This document shows positions 34,955 to 48,342 of a stretch of DNA of 64,000 nt, piece by piece. The stretch's first letter is position 1. Each line of letters begins with the position of its first letter. The notes under the pieces were generated by a model. That model ran no database searches and was not told the DNA's origin. It was given only the letters and a program-made list of their open reading frames with translations. This DNA is from Mobula hypostoma. Taxonomy: Eukaryota. Position numbers and translations under genes: made by a program. The DNA lies in assembly GCF_963921235.1 (NCBI RefSeq), contig NC_086108.1, positions 45,758,001-45,822,000 of the forward strand, read 5' to 3'.

Positions 34955-37900
34955 TGTAGGGTAACATATTTGGTGGAAACATACATAATTCCCAACCACT
35001 GACATTGAGTTGGGATCTCGCTTTAAGAGACTGTTCTGACATGACAACATAATTATGTAAAGAATTTTTAATGTGCTTGGAGTTCAGTTTTTTTGGTGTT
35101 CAATGAATGAGTTGCTACGGCTTTTCTGAAACACAAAACGCTTCCACTACCTTATTTGCAAAAACTCCTGATGCTCTAGGACGATTCCAGAGTTATTGAA
35201 CATGTCGGCCAATGTGATTGCTTTGAAACTGCTAGAGTTTTGGGAACAAAATTCCTTCGCTTGGTTTGTACAGTGGAGGCTCAATTTGCACTTCGAGAAA
35301 TCTCCACCGACAACACCAGATATTTCTTTGTGGTCGTGTTGCTCAGTAACTCCGCGGCTACGAGAGTGGTGAGTCTGCTCGAGCACCCCCTGAACACGAT
35401 AAATACCGATCGCTGAAAACTCCTCTTTTACCGACTTTTGGACTTTCAGAGTCTGAGCGTGTGAAACTTTTGCTCTCCTTACCCAGTCTCGGTGATGCTA
35501 AGCTGTCGGAGCAAATGGACCACATGTCACCTCTCCTGGGAAATCCCCAGCCTTGTTTTATTTTAAAAGAACTTTTCATGCAGCAAATGCCTGATCAAGT
35601 TCACATAGTCCTCATGAATGCACCTGTGAATGACTATAGGGAGCTTGCTAAAATGGCTGATAGTCTATACTCAGCCAGGCAGTGATGCATAATTCATCCT
35701 CCTCTCTCTATCTCAATGAACCTGGTCAGCAAGGCCCCCAGCATAAGGCCACCCACACCTGCAAAACAGATGAGCCAGACCTGTGCTTTCACCACACCCG
35801 TTTTGGCAGTAATACGAGGAAGTGCCGACTGCCTTACAGCTTCAACAGGACCAGTGCATCGGGACATCAGAGGTCTGCGAACGGCTGTCAGGGTTATCTA
35901 CTATTCATTACGGACACCCTTTCAGGGTGACACTTCTTGTGTGACACAGATGCTCAAGTGAGTGTGCCGCCAGCATCGCCTATTGATGAGATGGCAAAGA
36001 GCGATGAAACCTGGCTGGTGGCCGCCAACGGCTGCAAGAACCAGACTTATGGGACATGATGGGTGTTGCTCCACTTCAGTGGATGTCATTACGCATGGGC
36101 CTCATCCTGGCTAAAGTGCCCGGACCTCTGCTCGGTGCAGATTACCTGCGTGCCCGAGGATTGTTGTCAATCTTAAGAACTGCTGGCTTGTGGATGTCAA
36201 AGATTTAGGGTCGTTATCCTGCTGCCCCAGTAATTTCCCCACAATGACTGTGTCAAGCACATGGACCACCGCATGTGATTTTACTCGACTGCTGGGCGAA
36301 TTCCCAGACCTCACCAAGCCCACATTCTCCAAGACAGTCACAAAACATGGGGTATTGAGCGCCACATTCCCACAACTGACCCGCCAGTCCATGCCTGCAC
36401 ACGTAGACTGGACCCAGAAGTACTGGCAAATGCGGAGGCTGAGTTTGCCAACACGGTAGGACTTGGCATTGTATGTCAGTCGAATAGCCCCTGGGCTTCG
36501 CCGCTCCATATGGTCTCTAAATCTGATAGTGGTTGCTACCCATGTGACAATTACCAACTCCTTACTGAAGTTACCACCCCTCAATCGCTACCCAGTCCCA
36601 CGCAACCAAGACTTTTCAGCATATTTAGCTGGAAAGTCAATTTTTTACAAAGTTGATTTGTTTAGTGGCCTGTGTGCTTGGAGGACACTCCCAAGACAGC
36701 TGTGATAACCTCACTTGGCCTCTTTGAGTTTCTGCACATGCTGTTTGGGCTGAAAAATGCGGCACAGACTCTGTACTAAAAGACTTAGATTTTCTTTTTG
36801 TGTACCTGGTTGACATACTCGTCACCAGTGTGTCCAAATGTGAACACACATCTCATCGCCACTCATTTTTCGAGTACTTAAGCCAACATGGGTCGATTAT
36901 TAATCCTGCTAAATGCCAGTTTGGATTGTCAACCATTGACTTTCTTGGCAATTGCATCTCCGCAGAAGGTGCAAAACCCCTCCCATCAAAAGTAGCCGCT
37001 ATTATGGATTTCTCACCATCCCGCACTACAAAAAATCTACAGGAGTTTTTGGCACCGCTTCATTCTGCAGGCTGCTGAGCTTGTGCTTCCACTGTATAGT
37101 GAACTTAAAGGCAGTACCCCCAATCAAGTGCTTGACTGATACCAAATGTGCCCTTTCCAATGCAGCCCCACAGGCACACCGGCTCCCCAACACAGCCACA
37201 GACTGAAGCGTCAGTACTAACAGCTATGCTGTTGGTGCTGTACACAAACACTTGGTCAGAGGCGTGTGGCAGCCACTCACCTCTTCAGCCAGCACCTCTG
37301 TCCCTCCTCGAAAGGAAGTACAGCATGTTTGACCATGAGCTTCTCGGGCTCTATCTGGCTATCTGCCATTTTTCTTTTCTTTTGGAGAGTCACCATTTCA
37401 CGGCGTTCGTTGACCACAAATCCCTCGTTTATGTGATGGCCAAAATATCAGACCCTTGGTCTGCATGTCAGAGTTCACAACTAGTGTACGACATATCAAG
37501 GGGGAAAGTAATGCTGTGGCTGATCGCCTCTCATGGTGAACCACTGAGGCCGTACACGTGGTCAACCATAGAGGCCGTACACATGGTCAGCCACTGAGGC
37601 CGTACACATGGGGGTTGACTATGCCAGTATGTCAGCCGACCAAGCTGCTGACCCAGAGGTCTCAGCTGACAGAACAGCAGCCATGACCCTGCAGTTGGCT
37701 GACATTAAGCTCGGGGAAGCTGGGGTGTCTCTCCTGTGCGATGTCTCAACCAGTCGTCCTCGCCCCATCGTGCCGGCAAACTGGAGGAGACTGTTTTTAA
37801 CTCCATACGTGGCCTTTTGCATCTGGGCCAGAAGGCCTCGCAGAAACTGATTGCACTGAAGTTGAAGTGGCAAAGCCTTTGAAAGGATATGCGTAATTGG

Positions 37901-39111
37901 AGAGCGGCCTGTGTAGAGTGCCAGTGGGCAAAATTTGACCACCCTGCTCAGGTGCCATTGGCACCTTCTGAGGTCCTTGAGTGATGGTTTGGCCATGTCA
38001 ACGTGGACCTTGCTGGTCCTCTCTTCCTCCTCCTCGCAGTTTCACGCATCTTCTTACCAGGTGGCCAAAGGTCATCCACCTAGCAACGGCGATGGCTGCA
38101 GATGTGGCCTGGGCATTCATCAGCATCCGGGTTGCTCAGTTTGGTGCCCCCATCTGATAGTTCCCCTGAAAGTGGTCCCCAATTCACATCAGATCTCGGG
38201 GCTGCAATGGCCCAGAAACTTGGCGTTAGGCTACAACACACCATGGCTTATTCACCCGCAGTCCAGTAGCCTAAGTGAGTGGTTTCACTACTGCTTACAG
38301 GCAGCTCTGAGGGCTTCCCAGACCGATGAGTGTTGGCATGATCGTCTCCCATAGACTCTTTTGGGAGACGGTGAGTTGGTATACAAACAGCTGTTACGAG
38401 TGCCAGGTGATTTCATTCCTGATGCCACAACTGCCGAGTTGGTCTCTCAGCAGCATTCTATCCTCCTCAGTAAATTCAATTTCTTTTCAACTATTCCTAC
38501 CTCCCATCATGGCGAACAGCATTCTTGGGTCCCTGTTGACCTCCATTCTGCCTTGTTTGTTTTCGCCTGCCATGGTGCACACAAACGTCCCCTTAGGTCC
38601 CTTTATGATGACCCATTCCACACTTTGGAATGGGGAGAAAAGACTTTTATCATAGATAAGAGGGATAAACCTGAATGTATTTTGGTAGATCATCCTAAAC
38701 TGGCCCACCAAGATTTAGAGGATTCTGCTGCCATGCCCCTGCTGTCGTGACATGATCATGAGTGTGTCAACACACCTCTGGATCCGCCAGAGGCACCTGC
38801 TGTCCCTCCACCCATGGATCAAAGGACTATGGCCTACCGGCTTGTCCGAGCTCCTGACAGGCTCACAACGCAGTTTTAGTGATGTCTGAGGAGGCCTGTG
38901 TAGGTTAACGTAACTGGTGGAAACGGACATAATTTACAATCACAGACGTAGTGTCGGGGTTTCACTTTAAGAGGCCAGTCTGATGTGATGACGTAATTAT
39001 GTGAAGGGGTTTTAGCGCACTTGGAGTTCAGCTTTTGGTTTTCACTAATGAGTTGCTACGGCTTTCCTGAAATATAAAATGTCTCCACTGTTTTATTTGC
39101 GAAAACCTATA
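34955..39111 (+). mobile_element. Ty3/Gypsy LTR retrotransposon, full span, decayed
   Basis: About 210-bp LTRs at 34955-35165 and 38899-39111 (TGTAGG..gagttgctacggctt..ttatttgc.aaaac); gag LKLLEFWEQN; PR FLCDTDAQVS; RT RYPVP, YLVDIL; RH ERKYSMFDHELL; IN HVNVDLAGP, LYDDPF. Confidence 0.92.
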
Positions 39112-39519
39112 GAACAAGTAGTTTTGTCAAGTAAAGTCACTATTCCTTATTTAGGTATTCCATTTTCTCCTCATCTGCCTTTGCTATTTTGTCTTTTTTA
39201 AAATCCTAGTCATACCTTGTTACTCTTTGCTTAGCAGAAGATCACCTGGGGGAAGGCACAGATTGCACGTCACATCCCAGGCCATAATGATTCAGAAGGA
39301 GAGAGGGAAACAAGAAGATCAGCAAATTTGAAAAGGGAAATTTGTCCATAGTCATTATCTACAATTTATTTAAATATTTTCATAATCCTCTGTCGAGGAG
39401 CATTCCAATCATGTAGCAATAATGATATTGCATATACAAGTAGCAATATTTTAATGTAATGGCAGCTTCTCAAACCCTAACCACAGTTGAAAATGGAGAA
39501 AGTTAAGAGAATTGTGTAT

Positions 39520-39790
39520 TTATTTAGCAATACAGCGCAGAGACCAGGCCCTTCTGGCCCTTCGAGCCATGCAGCCCCAACAACCCCACAACTTTGATTT
39601 GACCCTAACTTAATCACAGGACAATTTACAATTACCAATGAGCTTGCCCGGCACGTCTCTGAACTGTGGGAAAACTCACGTGTTCCACGGGGAGGGCGTA
39701 CAGAAACATCGTACCGAAGGGCGCCAGAATGGCACTCTGAACTTGGGAACGTCCTGAGCTGTAATAGCTTTGCGCCAGGCGCTACGCATA
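39520..39790 (-). mobile_element. tRNA-derived SINE with CR1-like tail (HE1/V-SINE-like)
   Basis: Minus-strand tRNA-like head gcgtagcg..ctattacagctc; related copy at 53170-53370; family name from recall. Confidence 0.55.
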
Positions 39791-40229
39791 AGTAGGAAGA
39801 ACTATGACTTAATGTGAATAAATAGGTAACCTTAAAGTGAATGGAATATATTTAATCATAACCTTTATGAGCGTGAACCGTTTGTTGGGCTGATCAATCT
39901 GTTGAAATTTGCACTCAACCTAAGCCAAAGATTTCCAGGGTCTTCCATATCGCATACCCACATAATCTTTATCAAATCAATCAGAGCAGTATGCTGGATG
40001 CAAAAACTGCATCTCTTCACTTTATCATATATGAAAAGAGAATCCTATCTGTCAGATAGAGCTCATTCTTCCAGTGGCAGTATATTAGTTGGAAGAACCT
40101 TTTCAATAAAAGAGCACTTGTCCATGTGGAGGGTTTTGCAAATACTATTTCTGGATTTTTTTTTAAGTGTTAGCATTCCCCACTGACCAGTCCTGTATTG
40201 TATCTGCTAACCTGGAATCTTCATTGTAC

Positions 40230-42150
40230 TGGCATTGGTTTATTATTGTCACATGTGCTTGGATACAGTGAAAAGCTTGTCTTGCATACGGTCCATACAG
40301 ATCAAATCGAAGAATAAGGTAAGACAATAACAATGCAGAATAAAGTATAAAAGTTACTGGAAAAAGCATGGTGAAGGTTCAAGCAACACAGAGGCATCCA
40401 GCTACTGCAGATATTCTTGTCTTTGTATAAAGTTTTAGATCATAACGAGGTGGATTGTGAGAACAAGAGACCATCTTATTGTACAAGAGTTCTATTCAAG
40501 TGCCTGATAGCAGTGGGATAGATGCTCTCCTTCAGCCTGGTGGTAGATACTTTCAGGCTTCTGTGTCTGCTGCCTGGTGGGAGAGGGGTAAAGAGAGAAT
40601 GTCCGGGGTGGGGGGAGGGGGTCTTTGATTATCCTGGCTGCTTTAATGAGGCAGTGAGATGTATAAGCAGAGCACAGGTGAGGTTAGTTCCTGTGATGTG
40701 CTGAGTTGTGTCTACAACTCCCTGCAGTTTCCTGTGGCTATTTGCAGGGCAGTTGCCATACCAAGCCATTGGCTACCCAGACAGAATGCACTGATAGAAA
40801 TTGGTAAGAGTCGATGGGGACATGCCAAAGTTATTTAGCCTCCTGAGGAGGTAGAGGGATTGGTGAGCTTTCTTATGCTTGACATCAACATGGTTGGAGC
40901 AGAGCAGGCATTGATGATGTTCACACCTGCGAACTTGAAGCTTTGAACCCTTTCAATGGCAACACCGTTGATATAGACAGAAGCATGTGCACCCCCCCCC
41001 TTCAGAGGTAAAGCATCTGCTCTTTTGTTTTGCTGACATTGAGAGAAAGGTTGTTGCCTTGTGCTTTGACTTACCATTATTTGAGATGCATCCTACAACT
41101 GTGGTATTATATGCAAACTTGATGATGGAATTGGAGCAGAATCTGGCTCCACAGTACAGGGTGCAGAGTAAGGGATTGAGGATGCAGCCGTGTGGAACAC
41201 CAGTGTTGAGAATAATTGAGGTGGAGGTGTTGCTGCCTGTCCATATGGATTGTGGGCTCTTGGTCTGAAAATCAAGGGTTCAGTTGCAGAGGGAGGCGTT
41301 GACTTCCAGAGTCTGGAGTTGAGTGATGAGTTTGTTTAAAATAATAGTACTGTCAAATGGCGCAAGCTGAATCATCTGCAGCACAACATCAGTAAGACAA
41401 AGGAGATGGTGATGGACTTTAGGAAGACTAAGCCTGCACTGCTCCCTGTTACTGTTGATGGTGAGGACATGCATGTGGTGTGGATCTACAAGTACCAGGG
41501 GTGCACCTGGATGATAGACTTGAGTGGAGCACCAACACAGAGGCTGTGAACAAGAACACCCAGAGTTACCTCTACTTCCTGAGAAGACTGAGGTCCTTTG
41601 GAGTATGCAGGCCTCTCCTTCACATATTCTACCAGTCTGTTGTTGCCAGTACAATCTTCTATGTGGTGGTGTGCTGGGGCAATGGCATTAATACAAGTGA
41701 TGCCAACAGGCTCAATGAACTGATTAGGGAGGCTGGCTCTGTTATGGGAGTCAAACTGGACACACTGGAGACTGTGGTAGTAGAAAGGACCCTACAGAAA
41801 ATCCTGGCAATTCTGGACAATGTTTCTCACTCTCTGCATGCCACCTTGGCTGAACAGAGGAGCACTTTTAGTAATAGACTAAGGCAACTGTGCTGCTCTG
41901 CAGAGCGCTATATGAGGTCATTCTTGCCCTCAGCCATCAGGCTCTATATTGAGTCAATCTATAGCTGGGGAAGAGATGACCCCCTCCTGTTAGACTGTGG
42001 TAACTTATTTTTTATTCTTTCTACTTCTCTTCTAATATTTATATCTGTGCACTTGTAGTGTTACTGCGACAGTGTAATTTCCTTTGGGATCTATCTATCT
42101 ATTGAATGCACAACTGTAGTCAATAAACGATAGTCTGACATAGGTGTCTT
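40230..42150. mobile_element. Nested Rex1/Babar LINE fragments (minus 40230-41350; plus 41355-42100)
   Basis: ORF 41480-42058 GVHLDDRLEW..LYFLRRLRSF..RSFLPSAIRLY, (TCTA)n tail; minus host resumes at about 42100. Confidence 0.85.
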
Positions 42151-43555
42151 TGCTACATTGCTTTCCCCATCATTGAACTCAAAATGTCACATCAGAAGTT
42201 ATTTTTTACACTTCCATAATCACTTGTCTACTCTAGGTGCTGCAGAAAATCAGGTTGGAAGGTTATATACACAGAACAAAGCCCGCTCAATGTGTGCTTT
42301 ATTTAAGTGAATAAACTATCTTCAATATTCATATAAAATCCTTCCTGTCTGATTTTCATATTTTGCGCTGGGCCCATGTACTTATTTATATGCAAGCCCA
42401 GAAGAGATATTCTACCCCATTTTCTTAATACTCTATTTTCCCCAGAACTCAAAATGCCGGCCCTTTTGCAGTTATTTCCGATTCCTATAGAATCTCTTTG
42501 CTTTCCAATTGTCTTACAAATAATGCACTTAACTATACATAGTAGATGATTGGAAACAATTACGTTCTGCTTTGCAGTGGTGCATACAAAAAGGGTTAAT
42601 TATTGTCTGTAGTTAGAAGGTTTAACAGTTATTTTACTGGTATTTTGTCTGATAAATTAATATAATTTCCACTACTACTGGAAAATTTTCCAAAGCATTA
42701 ATAATGTGCACAGGACAGAGGTAGACAGAACAATGAATTGTCTGGTATTCAAAGCTATATCAGACCTGTATGACAAAGTTTGAAGTGAGTGATTTTAATC
42801 TTTGCAAAACATTCTTCAAACATTTAAACATTTCAAATCTGTAATATGGCAAACTATGTAGATTTCATCTTCCTATAAAACTTATCAAAGTAGCATTTTA
42901 TAACTTGTTGCAATGTGTGAGTTAAGTAAGGAATGACATGAACACATTCATCTCATTTTCAAGTATGTTACAAAGTGGTTTTTAACCTGCTGTGTACAAG
43001 GCTCCAAGCTACTGCTGCTTTCATTTGTAGTAAAGAGCAAAACCAGGAAGTTGAACAGCATCGTGGCCAGAGAAACAGCTGAAATAGAAATAGATAAGGT
43101 TAGAGGGGAAACAGCTTTTAAGATAAAGGAGAAATCTTTAATGACAGAAAAGTTGATGATGCAGAGGCATACAGAGCAGGAATTAGGATTTAGAAGATAG
43201 GCTTATGTCCAGGTGAATCCCTCATTACCGTGGCGGGGCACTGCAATCATAGAATACTGGCTGTATCATCATTTTATTTGACAAAGCCACATCTTTTCCG
43301 TATAATCAAGAAATGAGAGTTGATAACAATCAAATTTAGGTTGACTTATTTACTTCTATTTCACACATATTCCATATAAATTTTATTCCGTGTTTCAAAA
43401 TTTGGGTGGTGATTTGTGAATTATGTAAGGATATTTTTTTTTGTTACCTGAACCCTTGTAATGCAGGCTTGCTGGTATAATTATATACAGCAAATATGCA
43501 ATTAGGTAGGGCCCTGAAGAGACCACACCTAGATAATTGTGAATAATTTTGCTGT

Positions 43556-43826
43556 TGTGGTAAACCATGTATATATGTTGTAACTCAGTTACCTGTCTGG
43601 ACACACACCTCTGCTGACTGCCCCTGTGGCTCCTCTGACTGCCCCTGTGGCTCCTCTGACTGCCCCTGTGGCTCCTCCCACAGAGTCCTGTATAAAGGTG
43701 TTCGCCTTGCCCCTCCCCCTCAGTCCGGGGGCAGACACTCACTGTGGAGGTCGTATTGTACAGCGAATAAAAGCCTTTCAGTATTTTACCAAACCTCAGT
43801 CTTTTGGAGAAATTGAAGGTGCTTCA
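43556..43826 (+). mobile_element. Solo LTR (271 bp) with internal 21-bp triplication
   Basis: TG...CA, 5-bp TSD GCTGT, TATAAA at 43691, AATAAA at 43766. Confidence 0.88.
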
Positions 43827-43902
43827 GCTGTCTTTAAGTAAAGGAGGAAATAGTTACTCTAAGAGGAGTGTAGTGAAGATCTGCAAAATTGATTGTTGGT
43901 AT

Positions 43903-44151
43903 TGTGTTGTGTATTTAACATTTCACTCATACTTGAGTAATCTTGTAGATATATTGTTTGATTAAGCAATCTTGTTTGTTTAAATAATTAATTATCGGTT
44001 ATTTGTATAGATACTTGATTTGCATACGTCATCGCATTACCACGTGATACGTGCACGCCTCACTTAGAATAAACACAAAGTTAAACCCACATTTTAGACT
44101 CCTGTGTATTCCTTGGAATTACTGTAATGTTTTGAAGTTACAATACATTAC
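43903..44151 (+). mobile_element. Possible second solo LTR
   Basis: TG...CA ends, CpG/E-box cluster then AATAAA; no clear TSD. Confidence 0.4.
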
Positions 44152-45729
44152 AAATATTAGCAAGCACCAGAGCCCCAACTGCCTCGTTTCACAGAGTTGG
44201 CGCCAACCATGAATGTGTACTCTTTATCATTACCATCCTTCATGGGTAGGTTATGTATCAAAAGAAGAATGTTAAGGATAATATTGTCTTACATTCTCAA
44301 ATCTTGGAAAACCAGAATAATTAATATAAAGGAGCAAATGAAATGGAAGCAGATTGCAACATACAACATGCATACAACCACATGTCATACTTCTCCATTC
44401 ATTATGATATGGATACACTCAAATCTTGATCTCTGTTCTCTTGTCAGTCTCTACTAATCACCTTAGCATCTGGAAATCTATCAATGCCACTCCTTGAATA
44501 TAATCAACAACTGAGACTCCCCACTTCTCTTGTGCAGAGAATACTAAAGACTCAAAAAACCACCAGCTGAAGCCATTTCTGCTTGACTAGAATCTGAATG
44601 GCCTCTCCCTGATCCTGATGCTGGCCCTACATCCGGCTTTTCAGCAAAATGAAACAATGCATCAGTACCCACCTTATCATTCCCCTTCATAATTTTCATG
44701 TTTTCATAACCCATAGGAGCAGAATTAGGCCATTTGGCCCTTCAAGTTTGATTGCTATTTCATCATGGCTGATCCATTTCCCTCGCAACCCCATTCTCCC
44801 GTCTTCTCCCCATAACCTTTCACACCCTGACTAATCAAGATCCTATCAACCTCCACCTTAAATACGCCCAGTGACCAGGCCTCCGCAACAGCGTTTGGCA
44901 CCAAATTCCACAGATTCACCACCCTCTGGCTAAAGAAATTCCTCTGCATCTCTGTTCTAAATGGACGTTCCTCTACTTTGAGATTGTGCCCTCTGGTCCT
45001 AATTCCCCAACAAAGGAAACAACATCATCACATCCATTCTATCTAGGCGTTTTAACATTCAATATATTTAATTTAGATCCCCCGTCATTCTGAGAAATTC
45101 CAGCGAGTACAAGCCCAGGGCCTTCAGTCACTGCTCATATGATAACCCTTCCATTTCTGGAATCATTTTTGTGAACTCCTTAGAGCTCTCTCCAATATCA
45201 GCATATACTTTCTTCAATAAAGGGCCCAAAACAGCTTTCAATACCCCAAGTGAGGCCTCACCAGTGCCTTATACAGCCTCAGCATTACAACCTTGCTTTT
45301 ATATTCTGGTCCTCTTGAAATAAGTGCTAACATTACATTCACCTTCATCACCACTGATTCAACCCACAAATTAACCTTTAGGGAATCCTACACAAGGGCT
45401 CCCAAATCCCTTTGCAACTTGGAATTTTGAATGTTCTCCCTATTTAGTATGTGGTCTGTCTTTATTCCTTCTACTAAAGTACATGACCATACACTTCCCA
45501 ACACTATATTCCATCTGCCACCTCTTTACCCATTTTCCTAATCTGTCTAAGTCCCTTCTGCAGACTCTCTGCTTCCTCAAGACTACCTGTCACTCCACCT
45601 ATCTTTGTATCGTCCACAAATTTGGCCACAAAGAGATCAATTTCATCATCCAAATCATTGACATACAACACAAAAAAGTGGTCCCAACACAGACCCCTGT
45701 GAACTCTAGTCACCAGCATCCAGTCTGAA

Positions 45730-46596
45730 AAGTTGCGGCCAAAAAGTTCTATTCAAAAGGTTCAAAGGAAGATCTAAACAAGCCTGATGCATTTTGGAAA
45801 CAAGTCCTGTGAACTGATGAAGTTAAAATAGAACTTTTTGGCTGCAATGAGCAAAGGTATGTTTGGAGAAAAAAAGGTGCAGAATTTCATGAAAAGAACT
45901 CCTCTCCAACTGTTAAGCACGGGGGTGGATTGATCATGCTTTGGGCTTGTCTTGCAACCAGTGGCACGGGGAACATTTCACTGGTAGAGGGAAGAATGAA
46001 TTCAATTAAGTACCAGCAAATTCTGGAAGCAAACATCACACCGTCTGTTAAAAAGCCAAAGTGGAAAGAGGATGGCTTCTACAACAGGATAATGAACCTA
46101 AACACACCCCAAAATCCACAATGGACTACCTCAAGAGGCGCAAGCTGAAGGTTTTGCCGTGGTCCTCACAGTCCCCTGACCTAAACATCGTCAAGAATCT
46201 GTGTTTAGACCTCAAAAGAGCAATGCATGCAAGACGGCCCAAGAATCTTAGAACTAGAAGCCTTTTGCAAGGAGGAATGGGCGAAAATCCCCCAAACAAG
46301 AATTGAAAGACTCTTAGCTGGCTACAGAAAGCGTTTACAAGCTGTGATACTTGTCAAAGGGGGTGTTACTAAGTACTGACCACACAGGGTGCCCAAACTT
46401 TTGCTTCAGACCCTTTTCCTTTTTTGTTATTTTGAAACTAAAAGATGGAAATAAAAAAGTTTTCTTGCTTAAAATATTAAAGAAATGTGTCATCTTTAAT
46501 TTTATGCCTTTTGGAAATCAGTTCATCTTTTACTTGCTTAGCTATTCACAGTAACAGAAGTTTTGACCGGGGTGCCCAAACTTTTGCATGCCACTG
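45730..46596 (+). mobile_element. Tc1-like transposon 3' half (DDE transposase remnant + right IR/DR)
   Basis: TDE, KHGGGLIMLW, QQDNEPKH, SPDLNI; repeated GGGTGCCCAAACTTTTGC (46387, 46570); ends CACTG|TA. Confidence 0.92.
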
Positions 46597-46659
46597 TATG
46601 TCGAAAGAAACATTTGGTATAATTTTATATTTTGGTAACATTTGGTAGCCAACACACTT

Positions 46660-46990
46660 TTCGTCCCTCTTCCCTTTGGGAGAAGGCTCAGGAGCTTGAA
46701 GACTCATACGGCCAGATTTAGGAACAGCTTCTTTCCAACTGTGATAAGACTGCTAAATGGATCCTGACCCGGATCTGGGCCGTACCCTCCAAATATCCGG
46801 ACCTGCATCTCATTTTTTTGCACGACCTTACTTTCCATTTTTCTATTTTCTATTTATGACTTACAATTTAAATTTTTAATATTTACTATTGATTTGTAAT
46901 CCAGGGAGCGAGAAGCACAGAATCAAATATCACTATGATGATTTTACGTTCTAGTATCGATTGTTTGGCGACAATAAAGTATAAAGTATT
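46660..46990 (+). mobile_element. Rex-type LINE 3' tail
   Basis: FRNSFFPTVIRLLN; ends aataaagtataaagta. Confidence 0.75.
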
Positions 46991-47929
46991 ATTAGCTAGC
47001 TTACCTCCATATTTCACCTTTCCCCTCCTTATGTTTTTTTTTAGTTGCCTTCTGTTAGTTTTTTAAAAATTCCCAATTCTCTAACTTCCCATTAATTTTT
47101 GCTCTATTCTATGCCCTCTCTTTTGCTTTTATGTTGGCTTTGACTTCCCTTGTCAGCAATGGTTGTGTCATCCTGCCTTTAAAATACTTCCACTATCCTG
47201 CACTTTCTGAGTTGCTTCCAGAAACTCCAGTCGTTGCTGCCTTGCTGTCATCCCTGTTAGTGTCTCCTTTCAATCAGCTTTGGCCAGCTCCTGTTCCTTT
47301 GTAATTCCCTTTGCTCAATTGTAATATGGATAGATCTGACTTTAACTTCTTTCTCTCAAATTGCAGGGTGAATTCTATCGTATTATGATCACTGTTTCCT
47401 AAGGGTTCCTTTACCTTAAGCTTCTTAATCATATCTGGTTCATTACACAACACCCAAACCAGAATTGCTGATCTGCTAGTGGGTTCAACCACAGGCTGCT
47501 CCAAAAAGCCATCTTGGAGGCATTCCACACACTTTTTCTATCTCAGTCTGTAATTTGTAGACCATATCCTGGCTACTGTTTGGAGGCCTGTAAAGAACTT
47601 CATCAGGGTCTTCTTACCCTTGCTGTTCCTTAACTCTACCCACAGAGATTCTACATTTTCTGATCCTGTGTCACCTCTGTCTTAAGATTTGATTTAATTT
47701 TTTACAAGCAGAGCCACTCCTCCTCCTCCTTGCCTGCCTGCCTGTCCTTCTGATAGATTGTATATCCTTGGATATTAAGCTCCCAACTACAATCAGCTGC
47801 CAGCCATGACTGCGTCATACCCATGACATTATTCCTGCCAATCTCTAACTGTACTACAAGATCATCAACCTTGTTTCGTATACTGCGTGCATTCAAATAT
47901 AACACCTTTATTCATGTATTTCCTCCAAG

Positions 47930-48342
47930 AGGACCACAACCTTTCCAGGGTTTGGAGGTGTGTGTGTGTGTGTGCCACAATGATCTGGAGAGCTAAGTTG
48001 GCCTGAGTCGGGGCTTTTTGCTTTGGTTCTCGGTAGGTCACCCATGCCAAACAGGTCAAAGGGTAGAGGCCAGACTAAAAGTGGACCACCAGTTCTCCAG
48101 GTTCAGGGGTTCAGCTCAGGGCTAACAACCCTGACTGGTAAAACAAAATTGTTACAGAAACAGCAATGAAGAATCCTTCTACATCTGAGTGCGATGATAT
48201 TCCTGAACTGTACCTGGGGCTTACGTGACTGACTATAGTGAAAACCGGAAGAAAGCTACTGACGTGATGAAGGGAGATCTGAACACTGCCAGAGATAAAA
48301 GACTTTCATAAACGCCAGCGGTGTAACGGGCAGAAAGTAAGT
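47930..48342 (+). mobile_element. RTE-derived short retroposon inserted in the CR1
   Basis: Non-coding, (AAGT)n tail, interrupts CR1 between ORF1 and EN; related sequences at 54530-54850 and 59160-59475. Confidence 0.5.

Noticed and set aside
39740..39790. tRNA gene
   Set aside because: Degenerate SINE head; no complete cloverleaf.
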